Of a stretch of 64,000 nucleotides of DNA, positions 22,918 to 37,777 are shown one piece after another (positions within the stretch are counted from its first letter, which is position 1; each line of letters starts with the position of its first letter). The notes below the pieces were generated by a model. The model had not been told where the DNA came from. It saw nothing but the letters and a program-made list of their open reading frames with translations, and did not search any database. Source of the DNA: Perkinsela sp. CCAP 1560/9 (taxonomy: Eukaryota; Protista; Euglenozoa: Kinetoplastea); contig CBFFSA010000001.1 in the NCBI GenBank assembly GCA_965644495.1, forward strand, positions 2,480,001 through 2,544,000, read 5' to 3'. A program made the translations under genes and the position numbers.

Positions 22918-24842
22918 TGGTCGCGGACAAGGCGAACAAGACGTTGTCGGTTATTGACTCCGGGGTGGGTATGACGAAAGCGGACTTGGTGAATAACCTC
23001 GGCACGATTGCTCGATCCGGCACCAAGGCGTTCATGGAGGCCCTGGAATCGGGTGCGGACCTCAGTATGATCGGACAATTCGGTGTCGGGTTCTACTCGG
23101 CCTACCTGGTCGCGGACAAAGTCACTGTCGTCTCGAAGCACAATGACGACGAGGCGCACGTTTGGGAATCCTCCGCGGGTGGCACCTTCACTGTGGCTCC
23201 CTGCCCCTCGGCCCCAGTGAAGCGGGGGACAATGATCACGCTGCACCTGAAGGAGGACCAACAGGAGTACCTGGAAGAGCGACGACTGAAGGACCTCGTG
23301 AAGAAGCACTCCGAGTTCATCGGCTACGACATCGAGCTACAAGTGGAGCGCACCACGGAGAAGGAAGTTACGGACGACGAGGCGGAGGAGGAAAAGGCGG
23401 AGGAAGTGAAACCGGAGGGAGGGGAGGACGAGCCCAAGGTAGAGGAGGCGGAGGAACCCCAGGAGGTGAAGAAGAAGACAAAGAAGGTGAAGGACGTCTC
23501 CGTGGAGTATGAGGTGCTGAACAAGAACAAGCCTCTGTGGACAAAGGATCCGAAGGAGGTGTCACAGGAGGAATACGCCGCCTTCTACAAGACCATCAGC
23601 AACGACTGGGAGGAGCATCTCTCCGTCAAACACTTTAGCGTGGAAGGGCAGCTGGAATTCCGCGCAGTACTGTTCGTCCCGAAGCGTGCTCCATTCGACA
23701 TGTTCGAGCCCAATCGCAAGCGAAACAACATTAAGCTGTACGTGCGTCGTGTCTTCATTATGGACAACTGTGAGGAGATCTGTCCGGAGTGGCTGGCGTT
23801 CATTCGAGGCGTCGTCGACAGCGAAGACCTTCCGTTGAACATCTCCCGTGAGAACCTGCAGCAGAACAAAATCCTGAAGGTGATCCGGAAGAACGTCGTG
23901 AAGAAGGCGGTGGAGTTGTTCGAAGAGCTTGCTGCGGATAAGGACAGTTACAAGAAGTTCTATGAGCACTTCGGGAAGAACATCAAGCTTGGCATTCATG
24001 AGGATGCGACGAACCGAACCAAACTTTGCGAACTGCTACGCTACAACAGCACGAAGAGCGGCGAAGATGCTACGAGCTTGAAGGACTACGTCACCCGCAT
24101 GAAGGAGGGCCAGAAGAGCATCTACTACATCACGGGAGACAGTCGCAAGAAGCTTGAGACATCCCCCTTCCTCGAAGAAGCCAAGCGGCGTGATATGGAA
24201 GTCCTGTTCATGGTGGATCCCATTGATGAATACGTCATGCAGCAGCTCAAGGACTTTGAGGATAAGAAATTCGTGTGTCTCACCAAGGAGGGCGTCAAGT
24301 TTGAAGAAACGGAGGAGGAGAAGAAGGCACGGGAGGAGAACAAAGCATCCTTCGAGAAGCTTTGCACGACGATCAAAGAGATTCTTGGTGAGAAGGTGGA
24401 CAAGGTTGTGCTCACCGAGCGCTTGGCGACCTCCCCCTGTATCCTGGTTACCTCTGAACACGGGTGGAGTGCACACATGGAACAGATCATGAAGCACCAA
24501 GCCCTGCGAGACGCTTCCATGTCCTCGTACATGGTGTCAAAGAAGACAATGGAGATCAATCCGCACCACAGCATTATTAAGGAGCTCCGACGTAAAGCGG
24601 ATACTGATCAGAACGACAAGACCGTGAAGGATCTCGTCATGCTCCTCTTCGATACCGCGTTGTTGACCTCAGGGTTTAACCTTGAAGATCCTTCCTCCTA
24701 CGGCGAACGCATCCACCGCATGGTGAAACTCGGCCTCTCCATCGATGACGACGAGCTTCCCCCTGCCCCCGTGGCGGCCAGCTCGGAAATGGATGCTGAC
24801 GATCTTGCGGAGGGCGAAGGACGTATGCAGGAGGTCGATTAA
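22918..24842 (+). CDS. HSP90: Cytosolic HSP90 (HSP83), 5' end in gap
   Basis: [50 protein letters not shown]-terminal MQEVD. Confidence 0.97.
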
Positions 24843-25311
24843 GTCGCTTATCGGTTGATCCTATGAGATCACATTCGGGGAAGGAAATCAATTGCTAAAT
24901 TTGATCTTTTTGCTTTTTACGAATTAAGTTCAAGGAACGCTGAAATGCAAGATAATCGCCAGGTTGAGCAAGATATGACACTTTGCTCCTGCAATATCTT
25001 TTGTTTTGTGCGAATCAAAGCAGTTCGTTACGCATGACAATTGTTCACCTTATGCTAGTTTCAAACAGTAAAGTTATTCACGCAACTTTAGGCGACTGGG
25101 TGATGGTATAAACTATGATATACTCATATGATAAGTACTCCTTTTTAAAGTTAATGTTGGCAATATTCGGGATTTATATTAGAACCTCTTCTTCCTTGCT
25201 TGTATACTTTGCTAGACCTTATTCGAACTGTTCTTGCAGCCATATTCACCGATTTCACACAGAAATACTAGCCTTCTTTTTCATTTTCCTCTCTTTCCAC
25301 TGCATTCCACA

Positions 25312-27429
25312 ATGTCGGAAACATTTGCGTTCCAAGCGGAGATCAATCAGCTGATGTCTCTCATCATCAACACCTTTTACAGCAATAAGGAGATTTTCTT
25401 ACGCGAGCTGATCAGCAACTCTTCCGACGCCCTGGATAAGATTCGGTATCAAAGCCTTACGAACCCTGAAGTTCTTTCTGCGGATGAGAAGTTGCACATT
25501 CAATTGGTCGCGGACAAGGCGAACAAGACGTTGTCGGTTATTGACTCCGGGGTGGGTATGACGAAAGCGGACTTGGTGAATAACCTCGGCACGATTGCTC
25601 GATCCGGCACCAAGGCGTTCATGGAGGCCCTGGAATCGGGTGCGGACCTCAGTATGATCGGACAATTCGGTGTCGGGTTCTACTCGGCCTACCTGGTCGC
25701 GGACAAAGTCACTGTCGTCTCGAAGCACAATGACGACGAGGCGCACGTTTGGGAATCCTCCGCGGGTGGCACCTTCACTGTGGCTCCCTGCCCCTCGGCC
25801 CCAGTGAAGCGGGGGACAATGATCACGCTGCACCTGAAGGAGGACCAACAGGAGTACCTGGAAGAGCGACGACTGAAGGACCTCGTGAAGAAGCACTCCG
25901 AGTTCATCGGCTACGACATCGAGCTACAAGTGGAGCGCACCACGGAGAAGGAAGTTACGGACGACGAGGCGGAGGAGGAAAAGGCGGAGGAAGTGAAACC
26001 GGAGGGAGGGGAGGACGAGCCCAAGGTAGAGGAGGCGGAGGAACCCCAGGAGGTGAAGAAGAAGACAAAGAAGGTGAAGGACGTCTCCGTGGAGTATGAG
26101 GTGCTGAACAAGAACAAGCCTCTGTGGACAAAGGATCCGAAGGAGGTGTCACAGGAGGAATACGCCGCCTTCTACAAGACCATCAGCAACGACTGGGAGG
26201 AGCATCTCTCCGTCAAACACTTTAGCGTGGAAGGGCAGCTGGAATTCCGCGCAGTACTGTTCGTCCCGAAGCGTGCTCCATTCGACATGTTCGAGCCCAA
26301 TCGCAAGCGAAACAACATTAAGCTGTACGTGCGTCGTGTCTTCATTATGGACAACTGTGAGGAGATCTGTCCGGAGTGGCTGGCGTTCATTCGAGGCGTC
26401 GTCGACAGCGAAGACCTTCCGTTGAACATCTCCCGTGAGAACCTGCAGCAGAACAAAATCCTGAAGGTGATCCGGAAGAACGTCGTGAAGAAGGCGGTGG
26501 AGTTGTTCGAAGAGCTTGCTGCGGATAAGGACAGTTACAAGAAGTTCTATGAGCACTTCGGGAAGAACATCAAGCTTGGCATTCATGAGGATGCGACGAA
26601 CCGAACCAAACTTTGCGAACTGCTACGCTACAACAGCACGAAGAGCGGCGAAGATGCTACGAGCTTGAAGGACTACGTCACCCGCATGAAGGAGGGCCAG
26701 AAGAGCATCTACTACATCACGGGAGACAGTCGCAAGAATCTTGAGACATCCCCCTTCCTCGAAGAAGCCAAGCGGCGTGATATGGAAGTCCTGTTCATGG
26801 TGGATCCCATTGATGAATACGTCATGCAGCAGCTCAAGGACTTTGAGGATAAGAAATTCGTGTGTCTCACCAAGGAGGGCGTCAAGTTTGAAGAAACGGA
26901 GGAGGAGAAGAAGGCACGGGAGGAGAACAAAGCATCCTTCGAGAAGCTTTGCACGACGATCAAAGAGATTCTTGGTGAGAAGGTGGACAAGGTTGTGCTC
27001 ACCGAGCGCTTGGCGACCTCCCCCTGTATCCTGGTTACCTCTGAACACGGGTGGAGTGCACACATGGAACAGATCATGAAGCACCAAGCCCTGCGAGACG
27101 CTTCCATGTCCTCGTACATGGTGTCAAAGAAGACAATGGAGATCAATCCGCACCACAGCATTATTAAGGAGCTCCGACGTAAAGCGGATACTGATCAGAA
27201 CGACAAGACCGTGAAGGATCTCGTCATGCTCCTCTTCGATACCGCGTTGTTGACCTCAGGGTTTAACCTTGAAGATCCTTCCTCCTACGGCGAACGCATC
27301 CACCGCATGGTGAAACTCGGCCTCTCCATCGATGACGACGAGCTTCCCCCTGCCCCCGTGGCGGCCAGCTCGGAAATGGATGCTGACGATCTTGCGGAGG
27401 GCGAAGGACGTATGCAGGAGGTCGATTAA
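25312..27429 (+). CDS. HSP90: Cytosolic HSP90 (705 aa from [10 protein letters not shown])
   Basis: All HSP90 signatures, including [21 protein letters not shown]. The true ATG is at 25312. Confidence 0.99.
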   Translation: MSETFAFQAEINQLMSLIINTFYSNKEIFLRELISNSSDALDKIRYQSLTNPEVLSADEKLHIQLVADKANKTLSVIDSGVGMTKADLVNNLGTIARSGTKAFMEALESGADLSMIGQFGVGFYSAYLVADKVTVVSKHNDDEAHVWESSAGGTFTVAPCPSAPVKRGTMITLHLKEDQQEYLEERRLKDLVKKHSEFIGYDIELQVERTTEKEVTDDEAEEEKAEEVKPEGGEDEPKVEEAEEPQEVKKKTKKVKDVSVEYEVLNKNKPLWTKDPKEVSQEEYAAFYKTISNDWEEHLSVKHFSVEGQLEFRAVLFVPKRAPFDMFEPNRKRNNIKLYVRRVFIMDNCEEICPEWLAFIRGVVDSEDLPLNISRENLQQNKILKVIRKNVVKKAVELFEELAADKDSYKKFYEHFGKNIKLGIHEDATNRTKLCELLRYNSTKSGEDATSLKDYVTRMKEGQKSIYYITGDSRKNLETSPFLEEAKRRDMEVLFMVDPIDEYVMQQLKDFEDKKFVCLTKEGVKFEETEEEKKAREENKASFEKLCTTIKEILGEKVDKVVLTERLATSPCILVTSEHGWSAHMEQIMKHQALRDASMSSYMVSKKTMEINPHHSIIKELRRKADTDQNDKTVKDLVMLLFDTALLTSGFNLEDPSSYGERIHRMVKLGLSIDDDELPPAPVAASSEMDADDLAEGEGRMQEVD

Positions 27430-27898
27430 GTCGCTTATCGGTTGATCCTATGAGATCACATTCGGGGAAGGAAATCAATTGCTAAATTTGATCTTTTTGC
27501 TTTTTACGAATTAAGTTCAAGGAACGCTGAAATGCAAGATAATCGCCAGGTTGAGCAAGATATGACACTTTGCTCCTGCAATATCTTTTGTTTTGTGCGA
27601 ATCAAAGCAGTTCGTTACGCATGACAATTGTTCACCTTATGCTAGTTTCAAACAGTAAAGTTATTCACGCAACTTTAGGCGACTGGGTGATGGTATAAAC
27701 TATGATATACTCATATGATAAGTACTCCTTTTTAAAGTTAATGTTGGCAATATTCGGGATTTATATTGGAACCTCTTCTTCCTTGCTTGTATACTTTGCT
27801 AGACCTTATTCGAACTGTTCTTGCAGCCATATTCACCGATTTCACACAGAAATACTAGCCTTCTTTTTCATTTTCCTCTCTTTCCACTGCATTCCACA

Positions 27899-30016
27899 AT
27901 GTCGGAAACATTTGCGTTCCAAGCGGAGATCAATCAGCTGATGTCTCTCATCATCAACACCTTTTACAGCAATAAGGAGATTTTCTTACGCGAGCTGATC
28001 AGCAACTCTTCCGACGCCCTGGATAAGATTCGGTATCAAAGCCTTACGAACCCTGAAGTTCTTTCTGCGGATGAGAAGTTGCACATTCAATTGGTCGCGG
28101 ACAAGGCGAACAAGACGTTGTCGGTTATTGACTCCGGGGTGGGTATGACGAAAGCGGACTTGGTGAATAACCTCGGCACGATTGCTCGATCCGGCACCAA
28201 GGCGTTCATGGAGGCCCTGGAATCGGGTGCGGACCTCAGTATGATCGGACAATTCGGTGTCGGGTTCTACTCGGCCTACCTGGTCGCGGACAAAGTCACT
28301 GTCGTCTCGAAGCACAATGACGACGAGGCGCACGTTTGGGAATCCTCCGCGGGTGGCACCTTCACTGTGGCTCCCTGCCCCTCGGCCCCAGTGAAGCGGG
28401 GGACAATGATCACGCTGCACCTGAAGGAGGACCAACAGGAGTACCTGGAAGAGCGACGACTGAAGGACCTCGTGAAGAAGCACTCCGAGTTCATCGGCTA
28501 CGACATCGAGCTACAAGTGGAGCGCACCACGGAGAAGGAAGTTACGGACGACGAGGCGGAGGAGGAAAAGGCGGAGGAAGTGAAACCGGAGGGAGGGGAG
28601 GACGAGCCCAAGGTAGAGGAGGCGGAGGAACCCCAGGAGGTGAAGAAGAAGACAAAGAAGGTGAAGGACGTCTCCGTGGAGTATGAGGTGCTGAACAAGA
28701 ACAAGCCTCTGTGGACAAAGGACCCGAAGGAGGTGTCACAGGAGGAATACGCCGCCTTCTACAAGACCATCAGCAACGACTGGGAGGAGCATCTCTCCGT
28801 CAAACACTTTAGCGTGGAAGGGCAGCTGGAATTCCGCGCAGTACTGTTCGTCCCGAAGCGTGCTCCATTCGACATGTTCGAGCCCAATCGCAAGCGAAAC
28901 AACATTAAGCTGTACGTGCGTCGTGTCTTCATTATGGACAACTGTGAGGAGATCTGTCCGGAGTGGCTGGCGTTCATTCGAGGCGTCGTCGACAGCGAAG
29001 ACCTTCCGTTGAACATCTCCCGTGAGAACCTGCAGCAGAACAAAATCCTGAAGGTGATCCGGAAGAACGTCGTGAAGAAGGCGGTGGAGTTGTTCGAAGA
29101 GCTTGCTGCGGATAAGGACAGTTACAAGAAGTTCTATGAGCACTTCGGGAAGAACATCAAGCTTGGCATTCATGAGGATGCGACGAACCGAACCAAACTT
29201 TGCGAACTGCTACGCTACAACAGCACGAAGAGCGGCGAAGATGCTACGAGCTTGAAGGACTACGTCACCCGCATGAAGGAGGGCCAGAAGAGCATCTACT
29301 ACATCACGGGAGACAGTCGCAAGAAGCTTGAGACATCCCCCTTCCTCGAAGAAGCCAAGCGGCGTGATATGGAAGTCCTGTTCATGGTGGATCCCATTGA
29401 TGAATACGTCATGCAGCAGCTCAAGGACTTTGAGGATAAGAAATTCGTGTGTCTCACCAAGGAGGGCGTCAAGTTTGAAGAAACGGAGGAGGAGAAGAAG
29501 GCACGGGAGGAGAACAAAGCATCCTTCGAGAAGCTTTGCACGACGATCAAAGAGATTCTTGGTGAGAAGGTGGACAAGGTTGTGCTCACCGAGCGCTTGG
29601 CGACCTCCCCCTGTATCCTGGTTACCTCTGAACACGGGTGGAGTGCACACATGGAACAGATCATGAAGCACCAAGCCCTGCGAGACGCTTCCATGTCCTC
29701 GTACATGGTGTCACAGAAGACAATGGAGATCAATCCGCACCACAGCATTATTAAGGAGCTCCGACGTAAAGCGGATACTGATCAGAACGACAAGACCGTG
29801 AAGGATCTCGTCATGCTCCTCTTCGATACCGCGTTGTTGACCTCAGGGTTTAACCTTGAAGATCCTTCCTCCTACGGCGAACGCATCCACCGCATGGTGA
29901 AACTCGGCCTCTCCATCGATGACGACGAGCTTCCCCCTGCCCCCGTGGCGGCCAGCTCGGAAATGGATGCTGACGATCTTGCGGAGGGCGAAGGACGTAT
30001 GCAGGAGGTCGATTAA
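27899..30016 (+). CDS. HSP90: Cytosolic HSP90
   Basis: As above. Confidence 0.99.
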   Translation: MSETFAFQAEINQLMSLIINTFYSNKEIFLRELISNSSDALDKIRYQSLTNPEVLSADEKLHIQLVADKANKTLSVIDSGVGMTKADLVNNLGTIARSGTKAFMEALESGADLSMIGQFGVGFYSAYLVADKVTVVSKHNDDEAHVWESSAGGTFTVAPCPSAPVKRGTMITLHLKEDQQEYLEERRLKDLVKKHSEFIGYDIELQVERTTEKEVTDDEAEEEKAEEVKPEGGEDEPKVEEAEEPQEVKKKTKKVKDVSVEYEVLNKNKPLWTKDPKEVSQEEYAAFYKTISNDWEEHLSVKHFSVEGQLEFRAVLFVPKRAPFDMFEPNRKRNNIKLYVRRVFIMDNCEEICPEWLAFIRGVVDSEDLPLNISRENLQQNKILKVIRKNVVKKAVELFEELAADKDSYKKFYEHFGKNIKLGIHEDATNRTKLCELLRYNSTKSGEDATSLKDYVTRMKEGQKSIYYITGDSRKKLETSPFLEEAKRRDMEVLFMVDPIDEYVMQQLKDFEDKKFVCLTKEGVKFEETEEEKKAREENKASFEKLCTTIKEILGEKVDKVVLTERLATSPCILVTSEHGWSAHMEQIMKHQALRDASMSSYMVSQKTMEINPHHSIIKELRRKADTDQNDKTVKDLVMLLFDTALLTSGFNLEDPSSYGERIHRMVKLGLSIDDDELPPAPVAASSEMDADDLAEGEGRMQEVD

Positions 30017-30485
30017 GTCGCTTATCGGTTGATCCTATGAGATCACATTCGGGGAAGGAAATCAATTGCTAAATTTGATCTTTTTGCTTTTTACGAATTA
30101 AGTTCAAGGAACGCTGAAATGCAAGATAATCGCCAGGTTGAGCAAGATATGACACTTTGCTCCTGCAATATCTTTTGTTTTGTGCGAATCAAAGCAGTTC
30201 GTTACGCATGACAATTGTTCACCTTATGCTAGTTTCAAACAGTAAAGTTATTCACGCAACTTTAGGCGACTGGGTGATGGTATAAACTATGATATACTCA
30301 TATGATAAGTACTCCTTTTTAAAGTTAATGTTGGCAATATTCGGGATTTATATTGGAACCTCTTCTTCCTTGCTTGTATACTTTGCTAGACCTTATTCGA
30401 ACTGTTCTTGCAGCCATATTCACCGATTTCACACAGAAATACTAGCCTTCTTTTTCATTTTCCTCTCTTTCCACTGCATTCCACA

Positions 30486-32603
30486 ATGTCGGAAACATTT
30501 GCGTTCCAAGCGGAGATCAATCAGCTGATGTCTCTCATCATCAACACCTTTTACAGCAATAAGGAGATTTTCTTACGCGAGCTGATCAGCAACTCTTCCG
30601 ACGCCCTGGATAAGATTCGGTATCAAAGCCTTACGAACCCTGAAGTTCTTTCTGCGGATGAGAAGTTGCACATTCAATTGGTCGCGGACAAGGCGAACAA
30701 GACGTTGTCTGTTATTGACTCCGGGGTGGGTATGACGAAAGCGGACTTGGTGAATAACCTCGGCACGATTGCTCGATCCGGCACCAAGGCGTTCATGGAG
30801 GCCCTGGAATCGGGTGCGGACCTCAGTATGATCGGACAATTCGGTGTCGGGTTCTACTCGGCCTACCTGGTCGCGGACAAAGTCACTGTCGTCTCGAAGC
30901 ACAATGACGACGAGGCGCACGTTTGGGAATCCTCCGCGGGTGGCACCTTCACTGTGGCTCCCTGCCCCTCGGCCCCAGTGAAGCGGGGGACAATGATCAC
31001 GCTGCACCTGAAGGAGGACCAACAGGAGTACCTGGAAGAGCGACGACTGAAGGACCTCGTGAAGAAGCACTCCGAGTTCATCGGCTACGACATCAAGCTA
31101 CAAGTGGAGCGCACCACGGAGAAGGAAGTTACGGACGACGAGGCGGAGGAGGAAAAGGCGGAGGAAGTGAAACCGGAGGGAGGGGAGGACGAGCCCAAGG
31201 TAGAGGAGGCGGAGGAACCCCAGGAGGTGAAGAAGAAGACAAAGAAGGTGAAGGACGTCTCCGTGGAGTATGAGGTGCTGAACAAGAACAAGCCTCTGTG
31301 GACAAAGGACCCGAAGGAGGTGTCACAGGAGGAATACGCCGCCTTCTACAAGACCATCAGCAACGACTGGGAGGAGCATCTCTCCGTCAAACACTTTAGC
31401 GTGGAAGGGCAGCTGGAATTCCGCGCAGTACTGTTCGTCCCGAAGCGTGCTCCATTCGACATGTTCGAGCCCAATCGCAAGCGAAACAACATTAAGCTGT
31501 ACGTGCGTCGTGTCTTCATTATGGACAACTGTGAGGAGATCTGTCCGGAGTGGCTGGCGTTCATTCGAGGCGTCGTCGACAGCGAAGACCTTCCGTTGAA
31601 CATCTCCCGTGAGAGCCTGCAGCAGAACAAAATCCTGAAGGTGATCCGGAAGAACGTCGTGAAGAAGGTGGTGGAGTTGTTCGAAGTGCTTGCTGCGGAT
31701 AAGGACAGTTACAAGAAGTTCTATGAGCACTTCGGGAAGAACATCAAGCTTGGCATTCATGAGGATGCGACGAACCGAACCAAACTTTGCGAACTGCTAC
31801 GCTACAACAGCACGAAGAGCGGCGAAGATGCTACGAGCTTGAAGGACTACGTCACCCGCATGAAGGAGGGCCAGAAGAGCATCTACTACATCACGGGAGA
31901 CAGTCGCAAGAAGCTTGAGACATCCCCCTTCCTCGAAGAAGCCAAGCGGCGTGATATGGAAGTCCTGTTCATGGTGGATCCCATTGATGAATACGTCATG
32001 CAGCAGCTCAAGGACTTTGAGGATAAGAAATTCGTGTGTCTCACCAAGGAGGGCGTCAAGTTTGAAGAAACGGAGGAGGAGAAGAAGGCACGGGAGGAGA
32101 ACAAAGCGTCCTTCGAGAAGCTTTGCACGACGATCAAAGAGATTCTTGGTGAGAAGGTGGACAAGGTTGTGCTCACCGAGCGCTTGGCGACCTCCCCCTG
32201 TATCCTGGTTACCTCTGAACACGGGTGGAGTGCACACATGGAACAGATCATGAAGCACCAAGCCCTGCGAGACGCTTCCATGTCCTCGTACATGGTGTCA
32301 AAGAAGACAATGGAGATCAATCCGCACCACAGCATTATTAAGGAGCTCCGACGTAAAGCGGATACTGATCAGAACGACAAGACCGTGAAGGATCTCGTCA
32401 TGCTCCTCTTCGATACCGCGTTGTTGACCTCAGGGTTTAACCTTGAAGATCCTTCCTCCTACGGCGAACGCATCCACCGCATGGTGAAACTCGGCCTCTC
32501 CATCGATGACGACGAGCTTCCCCCTGCCCCCGTGGCGGCCAGCTCGGAAATGGATGCTGACGATCTTGCGGAGGGCGAAGGACGTATGCAGGAGGTCGAT
32601 TAA
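30486..32603 (+). CDS. HSP90: Cytosolic HSP90
   Basis: As above; four amino-acid differences from copy 1. Confidence 0.99.
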   Translation: MSETFAFQAEINQLMSLIINTFYSNKEIFLRELISNSSDALDKIRYQSLTNPEVLSADEKLHIQLVADKANKTLSVIDSGVGMTKADLVNNLGTIARSGTKAFMEALESGADLSMIGQFGVGFYSAYLVADKVTVVSKHNDDEAHVWESSAGGTFTVAPCPSAPVKRGTMITLHLKEDQQEYLEERRLKDLVKKHSEFIGYDIKLQVERTTEKEVTDDEAEEEKAEEVKPEGGEDEPKVEEAEEPQEVKKKTKKVKDVSVEYEVLNKNKPLWTKDPKEVSQEEYAAFYKTISNDWEEHLSVKHFSVEGQLEFRAVLFVPKRAPFDMFEPNRKRNNIKLYVRRVFIMDNCEEICPEWLAFIRGVVDSEDLPLNISRESLQQNKILKVIRKNVVKKVVELFEVLAADKDSYKKFYEHFGKNIKLGIHEDATNRTKLCELLRYNSTKSGEDATSLKDYVTRMKEGQKSIYYITGDSRKKLETSPFLEEAKRRDMEVLFMVDPIDEYVMQQLKDFEDKKFVCLTKEGVKFEETEEEKKAREENKASFEKLCTTIKEILGEKVDKVVLTERLATSPCILVTSEHGWSAHMEQIMKHQALRDASMSSYMVSKKTMEINPHHSIIKELRRKADTDQNDKTVKDLVMLLFDTALLTSGFNLEDPSSYGERIHRMVKLGLSIDDDELPPAPVAASSEMDADDLAEGEGRMQEVD

Positions 32604-33072
32604 GTCGCTTATCGGTTGATCCTATGAGATCACATTCGGGGAAGGAAATCAATTGCTAAATTTGATCTTTTTGCTTTTTACGAATTAAGTTCAAGGAACG
32701 CTGAAATGCAAGATAATCGCCAGGTTGAGCAAGATATGACACTTTGCTCCTGCAATATCTTTTGTTTTGTGCGAATCAAAGCAGTTCGTTACGCATGACA
32801 ATTGTTCACCTTATGCTAGTTTCAAACAGTAAAGTTATTCACGCAACTTTAGGCGACTGGGTGATGGTATAAACTATGATATACTCATATGATAAGTACT
32901 CCTTTTTAAAGTTAATGTTGGCAATATTCGGGATTTATATTGGAACCTCTTCTTCCTTGCTTGTATACTTTGCTAGACCTTATTCGAACTGTTCTTGCAG
33001 CCATATTCACCGATTTCACACAGAAATACTAGCCTTCTTTTTCATTTTCCTCTCTTTCCACTGCATTCCACA

Positions 33073-35190
33073 ATGTCGGAAACATTTGCGTTCCAAGCGG
33101 AGATCAATCAGCTGATGTCTCTCATCATCAACACCTTTTACAGCAATAAGGAGATTTTCTTACGCGAGCTGATCAGCAACTCTTCCGACGCCCTGGATAA
33201 GATTCGGTATCAAAGCCTTACGAACCCTGAAGTTCTTTCTGCGGATGAGAAGTTGCACATTCAATTGGTCGCGGACAAGGCGAACAAGACGTTGTCGGTT
33301 ATTGACTCCGGGGTGGGTATGACGAAAGCGGACTTGGTGAATAACCTCGGCACGATTGCTCGATCCGGCACCAAGGCGTTCATGGAGGCCCTGGAATCGG
33401 GTGCGGACCTCAGTATGATCGGACAATTCGGTGTCGGGTTCTACTCGGCCTACCTGGTCGCGGACAAAGTCACTGTCGTCTCGAAGCACAATGACGACGA
33501 GGCGCACGTTTGGGAATCCTCCGCGGGTGGCACCTTCACTGTGGCTCCCTGCCCCTCGGCCCCAGTGAAGCGGGGGACAATGATCACGCTGCACCTGAAG
33601 GAGGACCAACAGGAGTACCTGGAAGAGCGACGACTGAAGGACCTCGTGAAGAAGCACTCCGAGTTCATCGGCTACGACATCAAGCTACAAGTGGAGCGCA
33701 CCACGGAGAAGGAAGTTACGGACGACGAGGCGGAGGAGGAAAAGGCGGAGGAAGTGAAACCGGAGGGAGGGGAGGACGAGCCCAAGGTAGAGGAGGCGGA
33801 GGAACCCCAGGAGGTGAAGAAGAAGACAAAGAAGGTGAAGGACGTCTCCGTGGAGTATGAGGTGCTGAACAAGAACAAGCCTCTGTGGACAAAGGACCCG
33901 AAGGAGGTGTCACAGGAGGAATACGCCGCCTTCTACAAGACCATCAGCAACGACTGGGAGGAGCATCTCTCCGTCAAACACTTTAGCGTGGAAGGGCAGC
34001 TGGAATTCCGCGCAGTACTGTTCGTCCCGAAGCGTGCTCCATTCGACATGTTCGAGCCCAATCGCAAGCGAAACAACATTAAGCTGTACGTGCGTCGTGT
34101 CTTCATTATGGACAACTGTGAGGAGATCTGTCCGGAGTGGCTGGCGTTCATTCGAGGCGTCGTCGACAGCGAAGACCTTCCGTTGAACATCTCCCGTGAG
34201 AACCTGCAGCAGAACAAAATCCTGAAGGTGATCCGGAAGAACGTCGTGAAGAAGGCGGTGGAGTTGTTCGAAGAGCTTGCTGCGGATAAGGACAGTTACA
34301 AGAAGTTCTATGAGCACTTCGGGAAGAACATCAAGCTTGGCATTCATGAGGATGCGACGAACCGAACCAAACTTTGCGAACTGCTACGCTACAACAGCAC
34401 GAAGAGCGGCGAAGATGCTACGAGCTTGAAGGACTACGTCACCCGCATGAAGGAGGGCCAGAAGAGCATCTACTACATCACGGGAGACAGTCGCAAGAAG
34501 CTTGAGACATCCCCCTTCCTCGAAGAAGCCAAGCGGCGTGATATGGAAGTCCTGTTCATGGTGGATCCCATTGATGAATACGTCATGCAGCAGCTCAAGG
34601 ACTTTGAGGATAAGAAATTCGTGTGTCTCACCAAGGAGGGCGTCAAGTTTGAAGAAACGGAGGAGGAGAAGAAGGCACGGGAGGAGAACAAAGCGTCCTT
34701 CGAGAAGCTTTGCACGACGATCAAAGAGATTCTTGGTGAGAAGGTGGACAAGGTTGTGCTCACCGAGCGCTTGGCGACCTCCCCCTGTATCCTGGTTACC
34801 TCTGAACACGGGTGGAGTGCACACATGGAACAGATCATGAAGCACCAAGCCCTGCGAGACGCTTCCATGTCCTCGTACATGGTGTCAAAGAAGACAATGG
34901 AGATCAATCCGCACCACAGCATTATTAAGGAGCTCCGACGTAAAGCGGATACTGATCAGAACGACAAGACCGTGAAGGATCTCGTCATGCTCCTCTTCGA
35001 TACCGCGTTGTTGACCTCAGGGTTTAACCTTGAAGATCCTTCCTCCTACGGCGAACGCATCCACCGCATGGTGAAACTCGGCCTCTCCATCGATGACGAC
35101 GAGCTTCCCCCTGCCCCCGTGGCGGCCAGCTCGGAAATGGATGCTGACGATCTTGCGGAGGGCGAAGGACGTATGCAGGAGGTCGATTAA
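33073..35190 (+). CDS. HSP90: Cytosolic HSP90
   Basis: As above. Confidence 0.99.
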   Translation: MSETFAFQAEINQLMSLIINTFYSNKEIFLRELISNSSDALDKIRYQSLTNPEVLSADEKLHIQLVADKANKTLSVIDSGVGMTKADLVNNLGTIARSGTKAFMEALESGADLSMIGQFGVGFYSAYLVADKVTVVSKHNDDEAHVWESSAGGTFTVAPCPSAPVKRGTMITLHLKEDQQEYLEERRLKDLVKKHSEFIGYDIKLQVERTTEKEVTDDEAEEEKAEEVKPEGGEDEPKVEEAEEPQEVKKKTKKVKDVSVEYEVLNKNKPLWTKDPKEVSQEEYAAFYKTISNDWEEHLSVKHFSVEGQLEFRAVLFVPKRAPFDMFEPNRKRNNIKLYVRRVFIMDNCEEICPEWLAFIRGVVDSEDLPLNISRENLQQNKILKVIRKNVVKKAVELFEELAADKDSYKKFYEHFGKNIKLGIHEDATNRTKLCELLRYNSTKSGEDATSLKDYVTRMKEGQKSIYYITGDSRKKLETSPFLEEAKRRDMEVLFMVDPIDEYVMQQLKDFEDKKFVCLTKEGVKFEETEEEKKAREENKASFEKLCTTIKEILGEKVDKVVLTERLATSPCILVTSEHGWSAHMEQIMKHQALRDASMSSYMVSKKTMEINPHHSIIKELRRKADTDQNDKTVKDLVMLLFDTALLTSGFNLEDPSSYGERIHRMVKLGLSIDDDELPPAPVAASSEMDADDLAEGEGRMQEVD

Positions 35191-35659
35191 GTCGCTTATC
35201 GGTTGATCCTATGAGATCACATTCGGGGAAGGAAATCAATTGCTAAATTTGATCTTTTTGCTTTTTACGAATTAAGTTCAAGGAACGCTGAAATGCAAGA
35301 TAATCGCCAGGTTGAGCAAGATATGACACTTTGCTCCTGCAATATCTTTTGTTTTGTGCGAATCAAAGCAGTTCGTTACGCATGACAATTGTTCACCTTA
35401 TGCTAGTTTCAAACAGTAAAGTTATTCACGCAACTTTAGGCGACTGGGTGATGGTATAAACTATGATATACTCATATGATAAGTACTCCTTTTTAAAGTT
35501 AATGTTGGCAATATTCGGGATTTATATTGGAACCTCTTCTTCCTTGCTTGTATACTTTGCTAGACCTTATTCGAACTGTTCTTGCAGCCATATTCACCGA
35601 TTTCACACAGAAATACTAGCCTTCTTTTTCATTTTCCTCTCTTTCCACTGCATTCCACA

Positions 35660-37777
35660 ATGTCGCAAACATTTGCGTTCCAAGCGGAGATCAATCAGCT
35701 GATGTCTCTCATCATCAACACCTTTTACAGCAATAAGGAGATTTTCTTACGCGAGCTGATCAGCAACTCTTCCGACGCCCTGGATAAGATTCGGTATCAA
35801 AGCCTTACGAACCCTGAAGTTCTTTCTGCGGATGAGAAGTTGCACATTCAATTGGTCGCGGACAAGGCGAACAAGACGTTGTCGGTTATTGACTCCGGGG
35901 TGGGTATGACGAAAGCGGACTTGGTGAATAACCTCGGCACGATTGCTCGATCCGGCACCAAGGCGTTCATGGAGGCCCTGGAATCGGGTGCGGACCTCAG
36001 TATGATCGGACAATTCGGTGTCGGGTTCTACTCGGCCTACCTGGTCGCGGACAAAGTCACTGTCGTCTCGAAGCACAATGACGACGAGGCGCACGTTTGG
36101 GAATCCTCCGCGGGTGGCACCTTCACTGTGGCTCCCTGCCCCTCGGCCCCAGTGAAGCGGGGGACAATGATCACGCTGCACCTGAAGGAGGACCAACAGG
36201 AGTACCTGGAAGAGCGACGACTGAAGGACCTCGTGAAGAAGCACTCCGAGTTCATCGGCTACGACATCAAGCTACAAGTGGAGCGCACCACGGAGAAGGA
36301 AGTTACGGACGACGAGGCGGAGGAGGAAAAGGCGGAGGAAGTGAAACCGGAGGGAGGGGAGGACGAGCCCAAGGTAGAGGAGGCGGAGGAACCCCAGGAG
36401 GTGAAGAAGAAGACAAAGAAGGTGAAGGACGTCTCCGTGGAGTATGAGGTGCTGAACAAGAACAAGCCTCTGTGGACAAAGGACCCGAAGGAGGTGTCAC
36501 AGGAGGAATACGCCGCCTTCTACAAGACCATCAGCAACGACTGGGAGGAGCATCTCTCCGTCAAACACTTTAGCGTGGAAGGGCAGCTGGAATTCCGCGC
36601 AGTACTGTTCGTCCCGAAGCGTGCTCCATTCGACATGTTCGAGCCCAATCGCAAGCGAAACAACATTAAGCTGTACGTGCGTCGTGTCTTCATTATGGAC
36701 AACTGTGAGGAGATCTGTCCGGAGTGGCTGGCGTTCATTCGAGGCGTCGTCGACAGCGAAGACCTTCCGTTGAACATCTCCCGTGAGAACCTGCAGCAGA
36801 ACAAAATCCTGAAGGTGATCCGGAAGAACGTCGTGAAGAAGGCGGTGGAGTTGTTCGAAGAGCTTGCTGCGGATAAGGACAGTTACAAGAAGTTCTATGA
36901 GCACTTCGGGAAGAACATCAAGCTTGGCATTCATGAGGATGCGACGAACCGAACCAAACTTTGCGAACTGCTACGCTACAACAGCACGAAGAGCGGCGAA
37001 GATGCTACGAGCTTGAAGGACTACGTCACCCGCATGAAGGAGGGCCAGAAGAGCATCTACTACATCACGGGAGACAGTCGCAAGAAGCTTGAGACATCCC
37101 CCTTCCTCGAAGAAGCCAAGCGGCGTGATATGGAAGTCTTGTTCATGGTGGATCCCATTGATGAATACGTCATGCAGCAGCTCAAGGACTTTGAGGATAA
37201 GAAATTCGTGTGTCTCACCAAGGAGGGCGTCAAGTTTGAAGAAACGGAGGAGGAGAAGAAGGCACGGGAGGAGAACAAAGCGTCCTTCGAGAAGCTTTGC
37301 ACGACGATCAAAGAGATTCTTGGTGAGAAGGTGGACAAGGTTGTGCTTACCGAGCGCTTGGCGACCTCCCCCTGTATCCTGGTTACCTCTGAACACGGAT
37401 GGAGTGCACACATGGAACAGATCATGAAGCACCAAGCCCTGCGAGACGCTTCCATGTCCTCGTACATGGTGTCAAAGAAGACAATGGAGATCAATCCGCA
37501 CCACAGCATTATTAAGGAGCTCCGACGTAAAGCGGATACTGATCAGAACGACAAGACCGTGAAGGATCTCGTCATGCTCCTCTTCGATACCGCGTTGTTG
37601 ACCTCAGGGTTTAACCTTGAAGATCCTTCCTCCTACGGCGAACGCATCCACCGCATGGTGAAACTCGGCCTCTCCATCGATGACGACGAGCTTCCCCCTG
37701 CCCCCGTGGCGGCCAGCTCGGAAATGGATGCTGACGATCTTGCGGAGGGCGAAGGACGTATGCAGGAGGTCGATTAA
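35660..37777 (+). CDS. HSP90: Cytosolic HSP90
   Basis: As above (starts MSQTF). Confidence 0.99.
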   Translation: MSQTFAFQAEINQLMSLIINTFYSNKEIFLRELISNSSDALDKIRYQSLTNPEVLSADEKLHIQLVADKANKTLSVIDSGVGMTKADLVNNLGTIARSGTKAFMEALESGADLSMIGQFGVGFYSAYLVADKVTVVSKHNDDEAHVWESSAGGTFTVAPCPSAPVKRGTMITLHLKEDQQEYLEERRLKDLVKKHSEFIGYDIKLQVERTTEKEVTDDEAEEEKAEEVKPEGGEDEPKVEEAEEPQEVKKKTKKVKDVSVEYEVLNKNKPLWTKDPKEVSQEEYAAFYKTISNDWEEHLSVKHFSVEGQLEFRAVLFVPKRAPFDMFEPNRKRNNIKLYVRRVFIMDNCEEICPEWLAFIRGVVDSEDLPLNISRENLQQNKILKVIRKNVVKKAVELFEELAADKDSYKKFYEHFGKNIKLGIHEDATNRTKLCELLRYNSTKSGEDATSLKDYVTRMKEGQKSIYYITGDSRKKLETSPFLEEAKRRDMEVLFMVDPIDEYVMQQLKDFEDKKFVCLTKEGVKFEETEEEKKAREENKASFEKLCTTIKEILGEKVDKVVLTERLATSPCILVTSEHGWSAHMEQIMKHQALRDASMSSYMVSKKTMEINPHHSIIKELRRKADTDQNDKTVKDLVMLLFDTALLTSGFNLEDPSSYGERIHRMVKLGLSIDDDELPPAPVAASSEMDADDLAEGEGRMQEVD

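Noticed and set aside
22401-23309. ORFs spanning the N gap
   Set aside because: Artefacts of translating through Ns.
25234-25311. 26-aa N-terminal extension of HSP90 in the ORF track
   Set aside because: It starts at TTG in a pyrimidine-rich 5' flank; conservation begins at MSETF.
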